A stretch of 64,000 nt of DNA from Spongospora subterranea f. sp. subterranea (taxonomy: Eukaryota), in the NCBI GenBank assembly GCA_049724395.1, contig JAUGWO010000042.1, positions 248,001 through 312,000 on the forward strand, given 5' to 3'. This document shows positions 49,904 to 62,100 of the stretch, piece by piece. The notes under the pieces are model-generated. The model searched no databases, was not told the origin of the DNA, and saw nothing but the letters and a program-made list of their open reading frames with translations. How positions within the stretch are numbered: position 1 is the stretch's first letter; each line of letters opens with the position of its first letter. The position numbers and the translations under genes were made by a program.

Positions 49904-52900
49904 ATGATCACCTTGCCACTATTCATCATGTTGCTTTCTCTAGCAAGTTCAGCTCCATCTACATCTTGGCCGTGTTCACAAGTATTTGATACTTGCCCAG
50001 ATAACGGGCTCCTCATGGCTCTTGGTCCTTTGAGGTCTCCTGATTTCAGCCTGGTTTTTCCCGATCCCCTATTGCAATTGCCTTCACTGACACAGACTTC
50101 ATCTGTATCCCTATCTGCCTGGTTTCAAACATCTTGTGCGAAAAACTCCTGTTTAGACACCCCATCTATCAATATCACCATAAGTTCTTCCTACCCTAAT
50201 CTGCTGTCCATAGTCTATAGTTTTGTTCCATCATCTTCGCCAACCGACTCTACGGTAACCTGCACCAAACCCTTGCCAGTTTGTGTTTTTGACAATTTCT
50301 TCGTCTAAACAGCCTTCACTTTCGTTATGTGTCACATACCAGAGCTGCTCTTCGAACTACACTATCAAATCTCGTTATAATGTTTGGACATTGTTTTCTG
50401 TATCAGTTCAGACACGTATAACAGGGGTCGCTTTTCAGGTCATTCACATCATGCCGTCGTAATACTAGGTTATCTGAATGATGAACAGGTTTGGTCTAAC
50501 GAAACTGCTATCACAGGATCGGTGTCGGGATTATGCGTCAATCCAGTTCAAATCGAACCTGGGTCCAAAACGTTTATGGCCTCTCAATCTGCTAATGCCC
50601 AACCATCAATATTCAACCTTCGGATATTTGATCGAGCGATAACTCAAAGTGACTTGACGAACTTGATAAAAGTTGTCCCGGGCCCCAGCAGATTTTCATC
50701 ATACTCGTCAATGAATGATTGGCGACTCCCTCTTGCAGTTAATGATTCCCGTTTGCAATACCAGAACCCGAATAGTGTTTATGGTGCGCTAATAGCTTCA
50801 GGCCCAATAATTCCAACAAGATCTGTCAAGATTGCGACACTCGATAGGATAAGCTTAAGCTATTTCTGGCTACAATTTCGGTTGCGAATTGGCTATTCGC
50901 AACCGTTTTCTAGTGACGTGGCAATACCTATAATATCACTACATTCCGATAGTGGCGCATTCATTATTTTATGGTGGGTCAAGCAGTCGTCTAGTTCTAA
51001 TGGAGGAACAGCATCCAAAGTTGGTCGAGTCGTCAGGAACTATCCTGTTGATGTTGAATAGTTGGTGTGATTATTAGGTTATTATGGTAGCTGGACTGTC
51101 AACAACGGATCCGGTTTGTCCTAATTCGAGTGGAGGGAGTACGTCGGGGGAAATTGCAATATCACAATCATCTAGTTCATTTAGCACCATTAATATCGCG
51201 AGTATCCCGAAGGAAAAGGGGCCCAATTTACAGGTGACATCGGGTTGTCTGATAGATCTGTGCCATTCAATCATGATTTGCAGATGACGGTATTCACTGA
51301 TTCGTCATCAGCGACTACGCAAGTTGATCTGACGAAGATGGGCTTTTCTCCTTTCACTTCCGGAGCAGTTTGGTCTTGGCGACCGTATACACAATGCCAC
51401 ATGAGCGTTCCTTCGGAACCTTTTCGATTAACTGTAGAAAGCGTTAGACTGAAGAATGAGAGCACTTTGGCGTCTACTTGGAATAACGAGAAAATTTCCG
51501 CGCTGGATTCAAGTGATGTATGCACAATTGGAAGTAACAATGATTCTAGTTTGTTCCCTGGCCCAGCATGTTCAAATCATGGCACCTATACGACGAATAC
51601 CGGACAATGCAGTTGTAATGTTGACAGGGCACAGCCTGATTGCCGGAAATGTGCCAGCACCTTTCAAGTGACGCCGACCTGGCTAGATTCATATGCGTCT
51701 TGCACGTGTTCAGTTGGACAACAGCTCAATAGCACCATATGTACTCCTTGCGTTCCTGGTACAAAGCAGCTCTCTGTTCACATTCACAGCTGAGCACATA
51801 CTCAAATAGGTTATTACAGCAATATGTCGAACTCAATATGCAAGCCGTGTGACCCAGGCCAGTTTGCGAACTTACCGAGGGCCGAAAAATGCCTGAAGTG
51901 GTATGTGTATCAAAATCCAAAAACATCATGTGAACAATATCGTATTTTCAGTCCACAAGGGACTGTGTCCCTCTCTGGTCAAAGCGTTTGCCAAACTTGT
52001 GGCCCAGGCAAGTTTGCCCGAGTATCGCGATGTTTGGATTGCCAAGCAGGGACAGCGTCAAATATGTCTAGTTCTTCTCAATGTCCTGCATGGTACGGAT
52101 AATTACGATTTTTTGATTCAGTTTGACGTATTACATGCTTTTTAGTGCAGCTGGAAAGTTTTCAAACTCGACCGGTCGTCTTGCCTGTGATTTTTGTAAA
52201 CCTGGAACATATATCGACGTAACTGGGTCAACGCAATGCGTTTCATGCGCAGCTGGAACATATGCTCAAGATATAGCTGCTACAACGTGTTTACCTTGGT
52301 CAGTGCAGATTGTCAATGGCCATCATTATCTTAATACGCTTGCTTCGGATACAACTTCAGTGCACCTGGATCTATCAGTAGCGATGGTCAAACGAACTGT
52401 ACAATCTGTAATCCTGGAAAATATGAACAATCCAACAAATGTTTGGACTGTTTACCTGGCCGTTTTAGTTTGGGAAATGAAACAGGCTGCTCTTTATGGT
52501 CGTGAGCCGGCTGTCTATAACTACAAACCTTCAACTTATTTGAAATTATGTATTGCAGTGCGGCAGGGTCAGTATCAAGTAGCGGGTCAAAAGCCTGTAC
52601 AGCTTGCAGTGCCGGTACCTTCTCGAATGTATCCGTTTGTGTCGGGTGCCCATTTGGCACCGTTAGCCAAGATTCTTCTACCATCTGCAATGCGTGGTCA
52701 GTCACTCTTTGAATCGACATTATTACATGACATGATTGGCCGGTAGTACCATTGGATCAGTTCCTAACGTTCTTCAGACGAACTGCTCTGTTTGTGGCTC
52801 TGGAAAGTATCAAGAAATCAATAATTGTTTCAGCTGTTTGCCTGGACGTTTCAGTTCCAGCAATGCAACAAGTTGCTCATTGTGGTCAGTGCTCACATTT

Positions 52901-55900
52901 CAAATGACGAATCTACAGCACGTAATGTTTTTCATTTCATGCCAGTCCTTTAGGGTCTGTCTCCGCCGGCGGTTCCAAAAGTTGCACAGCTTGCCGACCC
53001 GGAACTTGGGCGAATGCTTCAGCATGTGTAGACTGCCCTCCAGGCAGTACTAGCCAGGAATCATCGTTGAGCTGTCATAGCTGGTCAGAGGTTTAATTTG
53101 CTATATCACACCTCAACTGACGCATTGTAATTCTAGTGCCGCTGGGACTTATACCAACCTCAATAAATCGCTCTGTCTGCCATGGTATGAACAACAAAAC
53201 CATTGTCATAAGACATTCATAAAATATTTGTAAAGTAACCCAGGAAAGTATTCCGGCCCAGGAAGCATCGAATGCTCTAGTTGGTAAATATTGTAACTTT
53301 ACCATATGCTCTGCTTGATTGACGGTGAATCTAGCGAAAATGGAACAGCATCTGGTCCAGGACAAGGAAGTTGCCGTTCCTGTTTACCTGGAACATATTC
53401 GATTACAACAGATTGTGTAACATGCCCTAACGGTTATTATTCTGCCAATGCACAAAGCGTCCGTTGCGACAAATGGTCTGATTTTCTTTTATGCTGTCGG
53501 AATCTTCCTGAATGGTAACTTAGCCTTCCTGGAACGAATCCGGACCCATCTCGTACTCAATGTACTGATTGTCGGATGGGTACCTTTTCTGCAGACGGTG
53601 GCTTGTGCTCATTTTGCCCGACTGGAAGATTTTCCAACGTTTCTAAGGCCACCGGTTGTTATCAATGGTATGCGGAACGGTGACCGTATTGGACAGTGTT
53701 TGATGACTTTGTTTCAAAACAGCCAAATCGGATATGCTGCTCAAAAAGGGCAATCCTCCTGCATTAAATGCAAACCTGGAACCGCGCCAGATAGAGATAG
53801 CGAATTGTGTAAAGCGTGTGATCCTGGCAAGTTTAGTGACGCGTCATCGGTTGGAGTATGCGCACCCTGCCCTCCAGGTTATTATACCACCGACCAAGGC
53901 CAGAGCCAATGCATTGCATGTTCGATGGGAAGATACTCCAACACTACAGGCTTATCGACCCCTTGCTTTTCTTGTACTCGAACTAGTTTTAGTGATATTG
54001 AAGGTAATCATATCTATATTAATACCATTTACGTTGAAGATCTAAATTAACAATAACAGGGTCAAAAGAGTGTAAACCTTGTCAAATGCATAGCTCTGTC
54101 TTCGGTAATAGCAGCGTTAACTTGCAATCTAGTGCAGCCATATCCCAGGATAATTGCTTCTGTGACACGTCATTTTTCCATAACGAGACGGCAGATAGCA
54201 GCGGGTTCCAATGCGATGCTTGTCTTGCAGGTCAGTTTGGTCCGCGAGATTCTAAAATTTTCTGATTTGATTGCGTATTTTGCTGTTTTAGGATTCGTGT
54301 GTGATACTCCAGGCACTCGTGAACCTTGTATGGTGTCATACTAGCTTTACAATTGGGTGCACTGATTGATAGTTCATAATAGTAACCGTGAAAGCTGGAT
54401 ATTATCGGGATATCACTGTGGATAAATATTTGGCTTTGAAATGTGATCCTGAGGAAGCTTGTTTATCATCTACGGGCGACACCACAAAATGCAAAGCATT
54501 ATACGAGTATGAATTGCTATGAAACATGGTATAAACAATATTGATGCGATGCTAGGGGATATCGATGTTCTTCTTGTATTCGGTCTCTGAGCTATCGACA
54601 GAATCAACAATGCCGTCCATGTGGCAATAATGCTCTCGGAGGTCACGTTAATGGTATTGCTATTCTTTGCCTTCTGTATCGTGTTTCTGGCAGTAGCCCG
54701 ACCATCTCCAGCTCCTCTGACTGCCGTTGGTATGCTTTTATCAAACATACAGATCATTGTTGTATTTGCAACTGCTTTGACTGATCATTGGACGCCTGAG
54801 GTAACTCGATTTTAGTGATATTTTGATATGGGACCTGATAAAGCTTTTGTACAGATCAAAACTCTTTGGCAGTAAGTGTATCGCATTCACTCAGAACATC
54901 TCGTGCTAACCTTAGCTCCTCAGAATGTTCTCCATTTTCAACTTCAATCTCGAATTATTCAGTGCGTATATTGGTGTAGTATATTTGTACTCTCTGTTTA
55001 CAAATCATAATATAGGACCAGAATGTGCTTTACCGATGGATTTGTAGGCTCGTGTTTACATTTTTTAAAAATGATTGACGTTGCCTCAATAGTTGGACTA
55101 AACAACAGCTGAAATTAGCGTTTCCCTTCATTGCCTTCGGTTTCCTGATTGCCATAGCGTTGGTAGCGAAATTGGCATCGTCGATCTATATCAGGTGTAC
55201 TGGCGCGCGCAGTGATAGCTCAGAGAAAATCACAACCGGAGACGCTGATGTGTCTTCTGCAAATCAACAGTGGTTCTCATCGGCGTTGAATGCACAGGTT
55301 TTTTATGCCAGGTAAGCGCAAACCGACAAACCGAGACATTAACATTGAAACCTCACATAGCAATTTCGTCCTATTGTATGGGTATACTTTACTTGTATCC
55401 ACATCGACTGATCCGTTCAATTGCACTGACGCTGGGAACGGTCAATCATTTCTCACTCGGGATCCATCTGTTTCGTATGGGCGGTATAAATTCTGAGTGA
55501 CTTACGCTAACTTGTTGATGCAGTTGTGATTCTGTGGATTATCCATCCCATCTTGTTACATCATATATATTCTTCATTATTTATGGGGTTAGATATTGAT
55601 GAAGGATGATTTATTTAATGTAACTGAACAATTGTGGATGATTCAGCTAGGAATCCCGACATTCTTTGCTGCTTCCCTTTTATGGCATTATCAAAGATGT
55701 GCTTTATCAAGTGATAAGTTTTTGAAACGATTTGGGGAACTTTACCAGCCCTTATAATGAGGATTATTTCTGGTGGGAAATCGTCAACATGATTAGGCGA
55801 TTGCTTGTAAGTGTTAATGGCACATTCAATTTTTTTTATACCTAAACCGTTGATATCGTAGGTAATCCTGACAATTGACGTTCTCCGGCAGAAATTTCTT

Positions 55901-56519
55901 CAGTTGTTTTTCACGCTGTCGATACTTTTCACTTCTCTCGTCTTGCAAACTTTCTGTATTCTCATCAGGGAATTTCATGCGCTTTGTGAACCTGTTACTA
56001 TAGGCAACCCATATCGGACAAGTGAGGAGAATCGGCTCGCGACGTTTTGGAATCTGATCACGATATTAATATTGTTCTCCGCTGCTATACTGGAATCAGG
56101 AGCAGGGTATCCGGACACTGGACCATCCGACAATGAAAAGACAATGTTAACAGCAGTTGTTTTCATTGGTTTCTGTTATACTTTACTGTACACAGTTCGG
56201 TGTATATTTCTGGAGGTACAGATCAAGAGGAGCATTGCGCTGGCAAACCGTAGGTATTTCGTTGCATTGCAAAAGAAGAGCAAATTTACGAACAGATATT
56301 TTGACAGGGGTACAAGGGAAGAAGTTGAAAAATCTGGCATCATTCACTCACGCTAGCCTAAACACTGACATTGGTGACTCAAAACTGATGCCAGTCTTGT
56401 CAGAGAGTCCAATAAGTCGGGCAAGACCTATCACTGCTGATGCTCCTATAGCGGATGCTCGAAGTCACCTATCTAACTACCCAGACTCTCGGTTTAATTC
56501 ATTTCAACAGAATCAGTGA
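49904..56519 (+). CDS. Large receptor-like membrane protein, paralogue 2, same architecture with more Cys-rich repeats
   Basis: MITLPLFIMLLSLASSAP (signal-like); FPDPLLQLPSL (paralogue 1 has FPDPILQLPSV); FNLRIFD; CSNHG...CSC; longer CxxCxxG array; TDHWTPE (paralogue 1 has TDHWSPT); YFWWEIVNMIRR; NPYRTSEENRL. One apparent +1 indel near 55742. Confidence 0.82.
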
Positions 56520-56854
56520 CTCAGAGAAAATGCTGTTTCGGGATCCATGAAGCTTGTCGAAGCTACAAACCGTTTTTCGAAGAAACATCTGCGGTGGGTT
56601 TGCTTGGTATCAACACGCTCAATTCAAGACTTTACATTTATATATAAACTAAACATATTTGAGATAACAGTTCCAGGGTCGTACTGTATACCTTTCATTA
56701 TTATGCTCTTAGTAAGGGGATTGGCACTCTGGGTGTACCTGTAAGTTCTCAAACAGCTACAGACCTTAGAATCATTGGGTTTGAACTAAGCTGTGCCCCG
56801 ATAAATCTACGGCTAATTTGGCCCACTGCCAACGAACACTTTTTTTGGAAGGAG

Positions 56855-56976
56855 TGTATTGACAATAGATGCTTGCCATGCAGCTCAAGAAAAAAATTGT
56901 ATGATAGGACTTGAAAGAAGCTTAAAAAACCATTGGTATGATAGGACTTGAGAGGCAAGCATCTATTGTCAATACA
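56855..56976. mobile_element. 122-bp MITE-like element with perfect 23-bp terminal inverted repeats
   Basis: TGTATTGACAATAGATGCTTGCC (56855-56877) and its exact reverse complement (56954-56976). GAG flanks both ends. Internal 16-bp direct repeat GTATGATAGGACTTGA at 56899 and 56936. Confidence 0.7.
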
Positions 56977-57534
56977 GAGGAACTGTGTAGAATTGTAGCA
57001 GCACGTGTTGACTGGACTGGGTTAACTTTCAGACTTGATTTCAGAACCTTGAAGGACTCCAGTTACTTGAAATCTTTCTTTTCAGCGTCTTTGTAACGCG
57101 TTTTGGCAAACCGATTGCTGGCACAAAGGAATGATCTCAAACATGGGAAGAAAACTTACGCTTACTTCGATAAAAGAAACTACATAGCTAAGCTTCGTCG
57201 TCATCAGAAGGCTGAAAAATGCGTTGATAGTGGGTGAGGATTGAATACATCGCACTCTGGGCGAAACGTGCCTGGAATCCAATAAAAATATTTTTGTTCC
57301 AGGACCAATCTCAGGACTGAACAAAACAATTATTTTACATAAAGTATTAAGAAAGTGGAAAACAATGCCTAAAGGCTGGGTTCAGACGACGGTTCGATTT
57401 GACCGTTAGGCTCAGAGCTAATAGGGTCAGGAACAGCAACATCAATCGACCCATCTCTTGCGACAATGGGATACTCAGACTCGCTATTTGCGAACAAGTA
57501 ATCGAAGCTACTGTCGTCCTCAGATGATTCACCA

Positions 57535-57990
57535 CCACAAAATCCTGACGAATCAGTTGCAGCAACAACTGCGAAGGAAATTGTGGGTCTCAAGTCGTTT
57601 GCTAAGGGTTAACAACAGTTATAGTAGCACAAACTACATGCGGATCTTCTGCTAGGTGAACTAGCAGTGCTAACCTCGACTGCAATGAAAATAGAATTTT
57701 TCTCTGGGTTGTGACTGATTTGTGCACAGACGTCTGCAGTAAACAAACGGATCACCACGGGTCAAATTTGTTAGCAGTTCCAATGTGTGATGGCACAAAT
57801 CAGTAACAACCCCGAGCCAAATTCAGTTTGCGTTGCAGTCGAGGTTGGAACTCCTACCGTAGCAGTAGATCCGCATGTAGTTTGTGCTACTGTAAAAGAT
57901 CTTGATATTTCACTAACAGTTTTGCTTTGGACCCTTAGCAAACGACTTGAGACCCGTCGCAGTTGTTGCTGCAACTGATTCGTCATGGTG
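57535..57990. repeat. Diverged long inverted duplication (arms ~200 bp, spacer ~60 bp)
   Basis: TGACGAATCAGTTGCAGCAACAACTGCGA, GGGTCTCAAGTCGTTTGCTAAGGGT, AGTAGCACAAACTACATGCGGATCT and AACCTCGACTGCAA in 57546-57730 recur as reverse complements, in mirrored order, in 57790-57986. Confidence 0.9.
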
Positions 57991-58859
57991 TGTGCGCGTG
58001 TAGCGTCGTAAGGCTCCAACGAGCACGGTTAAAGAGAAGGTTGTTTACTGTATCAATAAAAACGTCAAATCAAAATGGAGTCAACTACCGTAGGAAACAA
58101 AACAACTACACAAGGTTAATATCTGAAAAACTGAAATTAGGTTTAGGTTTTTCATTTCAAAAACTTTTTTTGGTAAGGTTTTTCATCAGATTGCCGTATT
58201 TCCACATTTTGCGTCGAGGAGTAGGTTTCTGGTGAAAACACCAGTTTTGCTGGGTTTCGAACTTATCTCATCCATTGTATTATTCAATTTGCTGAGGCTG
58301 ATCATCGTTGGCATCATAATCTTCTTCTTCTGAACTCCATTGGGGACGAACATCGTCCTGCATCATCGTTAGGGACAGGAGCTGAAGCACTTGACCCAGT
58401 CGCTAGCACAAACACGAAGCCTCAGGCATCAACGATCCTGATCCATCGATGGATAGCGCTCTTCTTGCAAGATATCGATCATCTCGTCGTCCATGATGAG
58501 CTTTGGAGTAAGGCAAAAAAGGTTTTTCCTCACAGTCGAGCAACCGCGCGCGGCCAGCGTCCCAGTCAGGGACTGGTGCGCGGCCACTAGCCAGTCAAGC
58601 CAAGACGGCGCGACCCAGAGGGCGCCCAAGAATCAGCAAAGACGCGCCGGGCCGCGCGCACGTCCAGACGTCCATCTCGTCGTTCTTCGCGCGCAAGTCC
58701 GCTACTCAACCTGGTGACGGTACCGGTGACCCCGACGAGTCTCCGGTGCTGCTTCCGGCGCGTTAACTCCGCACTGGACCGTGACTGGTCAAAAAGTCGG
58801 TGGTGCGTACAAAGACACTCAGGTGCGTGAGGAAGGTGCGGGAGCTAGAAATCTAAAGT

Positions 58860-59131
58860 GCTAAATACTACCTAGAATAAACAGAACCAGAATATAGGCT
58901 CCAAATAACCTCAAAAACCTTCTGGATGAAAAACCCCGCTCTGCCAGCCTTGATATCAACATGAAGTACAGTACCAACACATTTGAGATCAAACAGTCGT
59001 ACACAAGCGGCGGAAAGATGAAGGGGCTGCGCGCTCCCATTTATGTACATTCGTGAGGCGCACTTCCATATGTACACTTAGGATCAGTGGGACGCACTTC
59101 CATATGTTCACTCACACTGAACAAGTCAACA
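58860..59131 (-). mobile_element. Possible LTR remnant next to the Gypsy integrase fragment
   Basis: On the minus strand a purine-rich run (GAAGTAAAAAAG) precedes TGTTGA at 59131. It contains a 15-bp direct repeat (CGCACTTCCATATGT) and a TATA-like CATAAAT. No second LTR copy lies in the window and the left end is undefined. Confidence 0.3.
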
Positions 59132-59179
59132 CTTTTTTACTTCAAGACAGCATAAGTAGGCACCATGTGTCCAAGGGCA

Positions 59180-62100
59180 ATTCGCAATATGAAATTGATG
59201 ACTAACGTGCAGCATTGCTGCTAATTCTGCCATTGTGCTGTTGAAAAGTGGGTTTCTTGATCGCTAACCCATAAATGAGCGATTCCATAATAGCTAAAAA
59301 TGTTAGCGATTCCATAATAGCTAAAAAATGTTAGTAGTGATCCGGCGGCATGTGCAGAAGAAGGGGTTTCGGCGGCATACAAGTCGCACAAACCTGAAAA
59401 TCGGTCGCGAATGACTAACAAGTGAGTAGAACAGAATCCGAGGGCTCTAACTGTAGATAATCAAACTCAATAATTTCGTTCGGCTTATCCGGGAATGCTG
59501 AGGCACCAAACGGCCGAGGGACTGATTCTCCAAAGCGCGCCGAGATACAGTGTAAACACTGTTTTACAAATTATTGTGCAATATTTCGTTGCGTTACGCA
59601 ACGCCGAATCAAAACAAAGAGAAATGGGAACGTGGAAAGGTCCAGCAAGAATCCTGGAGTTCGATCACACTTCGATCACTTCTCGAACTTCTTTTAACTG
59701 GTTCCACGGATCGCTCCAGACGTTTCGCGAACCATCCCTATCAGCATTCCTTATGGAGCGAGGAAGTGCAGGACTCCTTTTCCAATTTTTTAGATGCCTT
59801 GAAGGGTGCCGTCGAGCTAAATCATTCTAAGCCCGAGTTCGAGCAATGTGTTTTTACTGATGCACCTGGTGGTTTTATTCAATTATTGTCACTCAAATTC
59901 TTTTCACTGAACTTGACAAGCCCATTCAAGAACAGAATCACGAACCCCTTGCTTTCTACAGCCGAGCTTCCACAGGCGCATCGGTTCGGAGCATATGCAA
60001 TAATCGCAGCGGTCACAAGCTTTGATTACCGGTTCATTAGTGAACGCATTTTCCATATCTTCACCGACGATATGAATTTAGTTTTTATTTTTGATCCATC
60101 ATCATCGTCCATTCCGTTCAAGCAACATACTATAGATAAGCTTCATCGTTTTAAAGCTCTTTTCCCTTGCTTATACCATAGAGCATATACCAGGATGATT
60201 AAATGTTTGGGCAGATATATTAACCCGCGGGGCTGCACCTTCGTGTGTCCAAATTCAACATCAAAAATTCCTTCCAGTTTAGTAAGACCCATGGCTTCAC
60301 CCGATTTAGAATTCCCAACCCTCGATCATAGTTCTCAACTGAAGTACCTGGATTTTGAATCCTCTAGAATATCAATCGGAGAAAAAGTTTTCCAGAAAGA
60401 CTCTGGAATCTTTCAAGCAGATGACATAATCCTAATTCCCGAGAAAGACACCACACTCATCCTCCGCATATGTGTGATTGCACATTGTGGAAGTGCGGGC
60501 CATCGTGGAGTTCGTGCCTCCCAGGAATCGATAAATCCCCGATTCCTTTGGAGAGGTATGGCGCAGGATATTGCACAATTTGTAAAACAGTGTACGCTGT
60601 ATCTCGGCGCGCTTTGGAGAATCAGTCCCTCGCCCGTTTGGTGCCTCAGCATTTCCGGATAGGCCGAACGAGATGATTGAGTTTGATTATCTACAGTTAG
60701 AGCCCTCGGATTCTGGTCTACTATCAGCTGAATCGAAGCATCAATGCAGCAGTTACTAATGGTGCGCCAATTCAATTTGTGGAAGATCTTCGCTCGTTGG
60801 TTATTGACTTCGTTGATATTTTCCGTAGTAAATTAGGACCTGACCCCTTAGTAAGGGTCGATCCCCTTTGTCAATCGAAGTGTCGGACACAGCAGTTCCT
60901 GTTCTATGCCGACCACGCAGACATCCACCTTTGCATGAGGCGTTTTTTATGGACCACTTCCAAACACTAATTGATATTGGATTTGGATACCTCAACCCAT
61001 CATCCGGTGCATTGGCCAGTAGATCGTCTACCCAAGTTAGTAGCTGTCCAATAGTTGATATGCGGCGAAAAATAGAATCCATTTACCGTTGAAATGCGAA
61101 AACAGAATTAAGGTTTCCTTGAGGTAAACGCATTGGCGTAAAAATACATAATGGTGTAAGCATCGACTGACTTTTAATGTTTCCGGTGATAGGAATCTGC
61201 CAGAAAACTTTGAACGCGTCTAACGTGCTAAATCGTTTCGATTTGACAAATGAACACCAACTGTGGATAGATGCATGTGGCATAGGATAGATATAACGGT
61301 TGGTCATGGCATTTGGAACACGTAGATGCACAAACCGATCGGAATGATCGTTCAGCTCCGCCATTGTTTACGCAAAATGCAGGGGAGGCCCATGAAGATG
61401 ACGGGTTGAGGTATCCAAATCCAATATCAATTAGTGTTTGGAAGTGGTCCATCAAAAACGCTTCATGCAAAGGTGGATGTCTGCGTGGTCGGCATTGAAC
61501 AGGAACTGCTGTGTCCGATCACTTCGATTGACAAAGGGGATCGACCCTTACTAAGGGGATCATGTCCGAATTTACTACGGAAACTATCAACGAAAGTCCA
61601 TAACCAACGAGCGAAGATCTTCCACAAATTGAATCGGCGCAGCGCACCATTAGTAACTGTTGCATTGATACTTCGATTCAGAGCTGAGACAATATCCGCT
61701 TCTTCGTCCAGACCAAATTCAAAAATATCCCAGTCTGATTCCTCGACATCTTCGTTGGACGGAACTTCGGTTCTTGACGCAGGAACATCGGACACTTCTG
61801 GTTGCGAACTGCCCGCAATATCACATATCTGTTGTTCCACGTCAATTCCGAGGCACAGCAGTAATTGGTCGCACTAGCAAGACTTCAGGCATTTCTCGTT
61901 CGACAACGTAAACGCGGTGAAGATGGACTATCACCGGGACCAACAACGGTTAGAATATGTAAATCGAGCAAAGTGGATAAATGAGACTTGACCGTCGAAC
62001 CATCCGCCAAGGTGAAGGAAACCGGGTGATTTCGTTCTTTGTAAATATCGGGAGAAGTGGGCGCTAGATGTCTCCAAACATTAAAACCGACGATAGTAAA

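Noticed and set aside
55735..55760. Receptor paralogue 2 as a pseudogene
   Set aside because: I noticed only one frameshift, in a homopolymer, and the same error type appears in essential importin beta; an assembly error is more likely.
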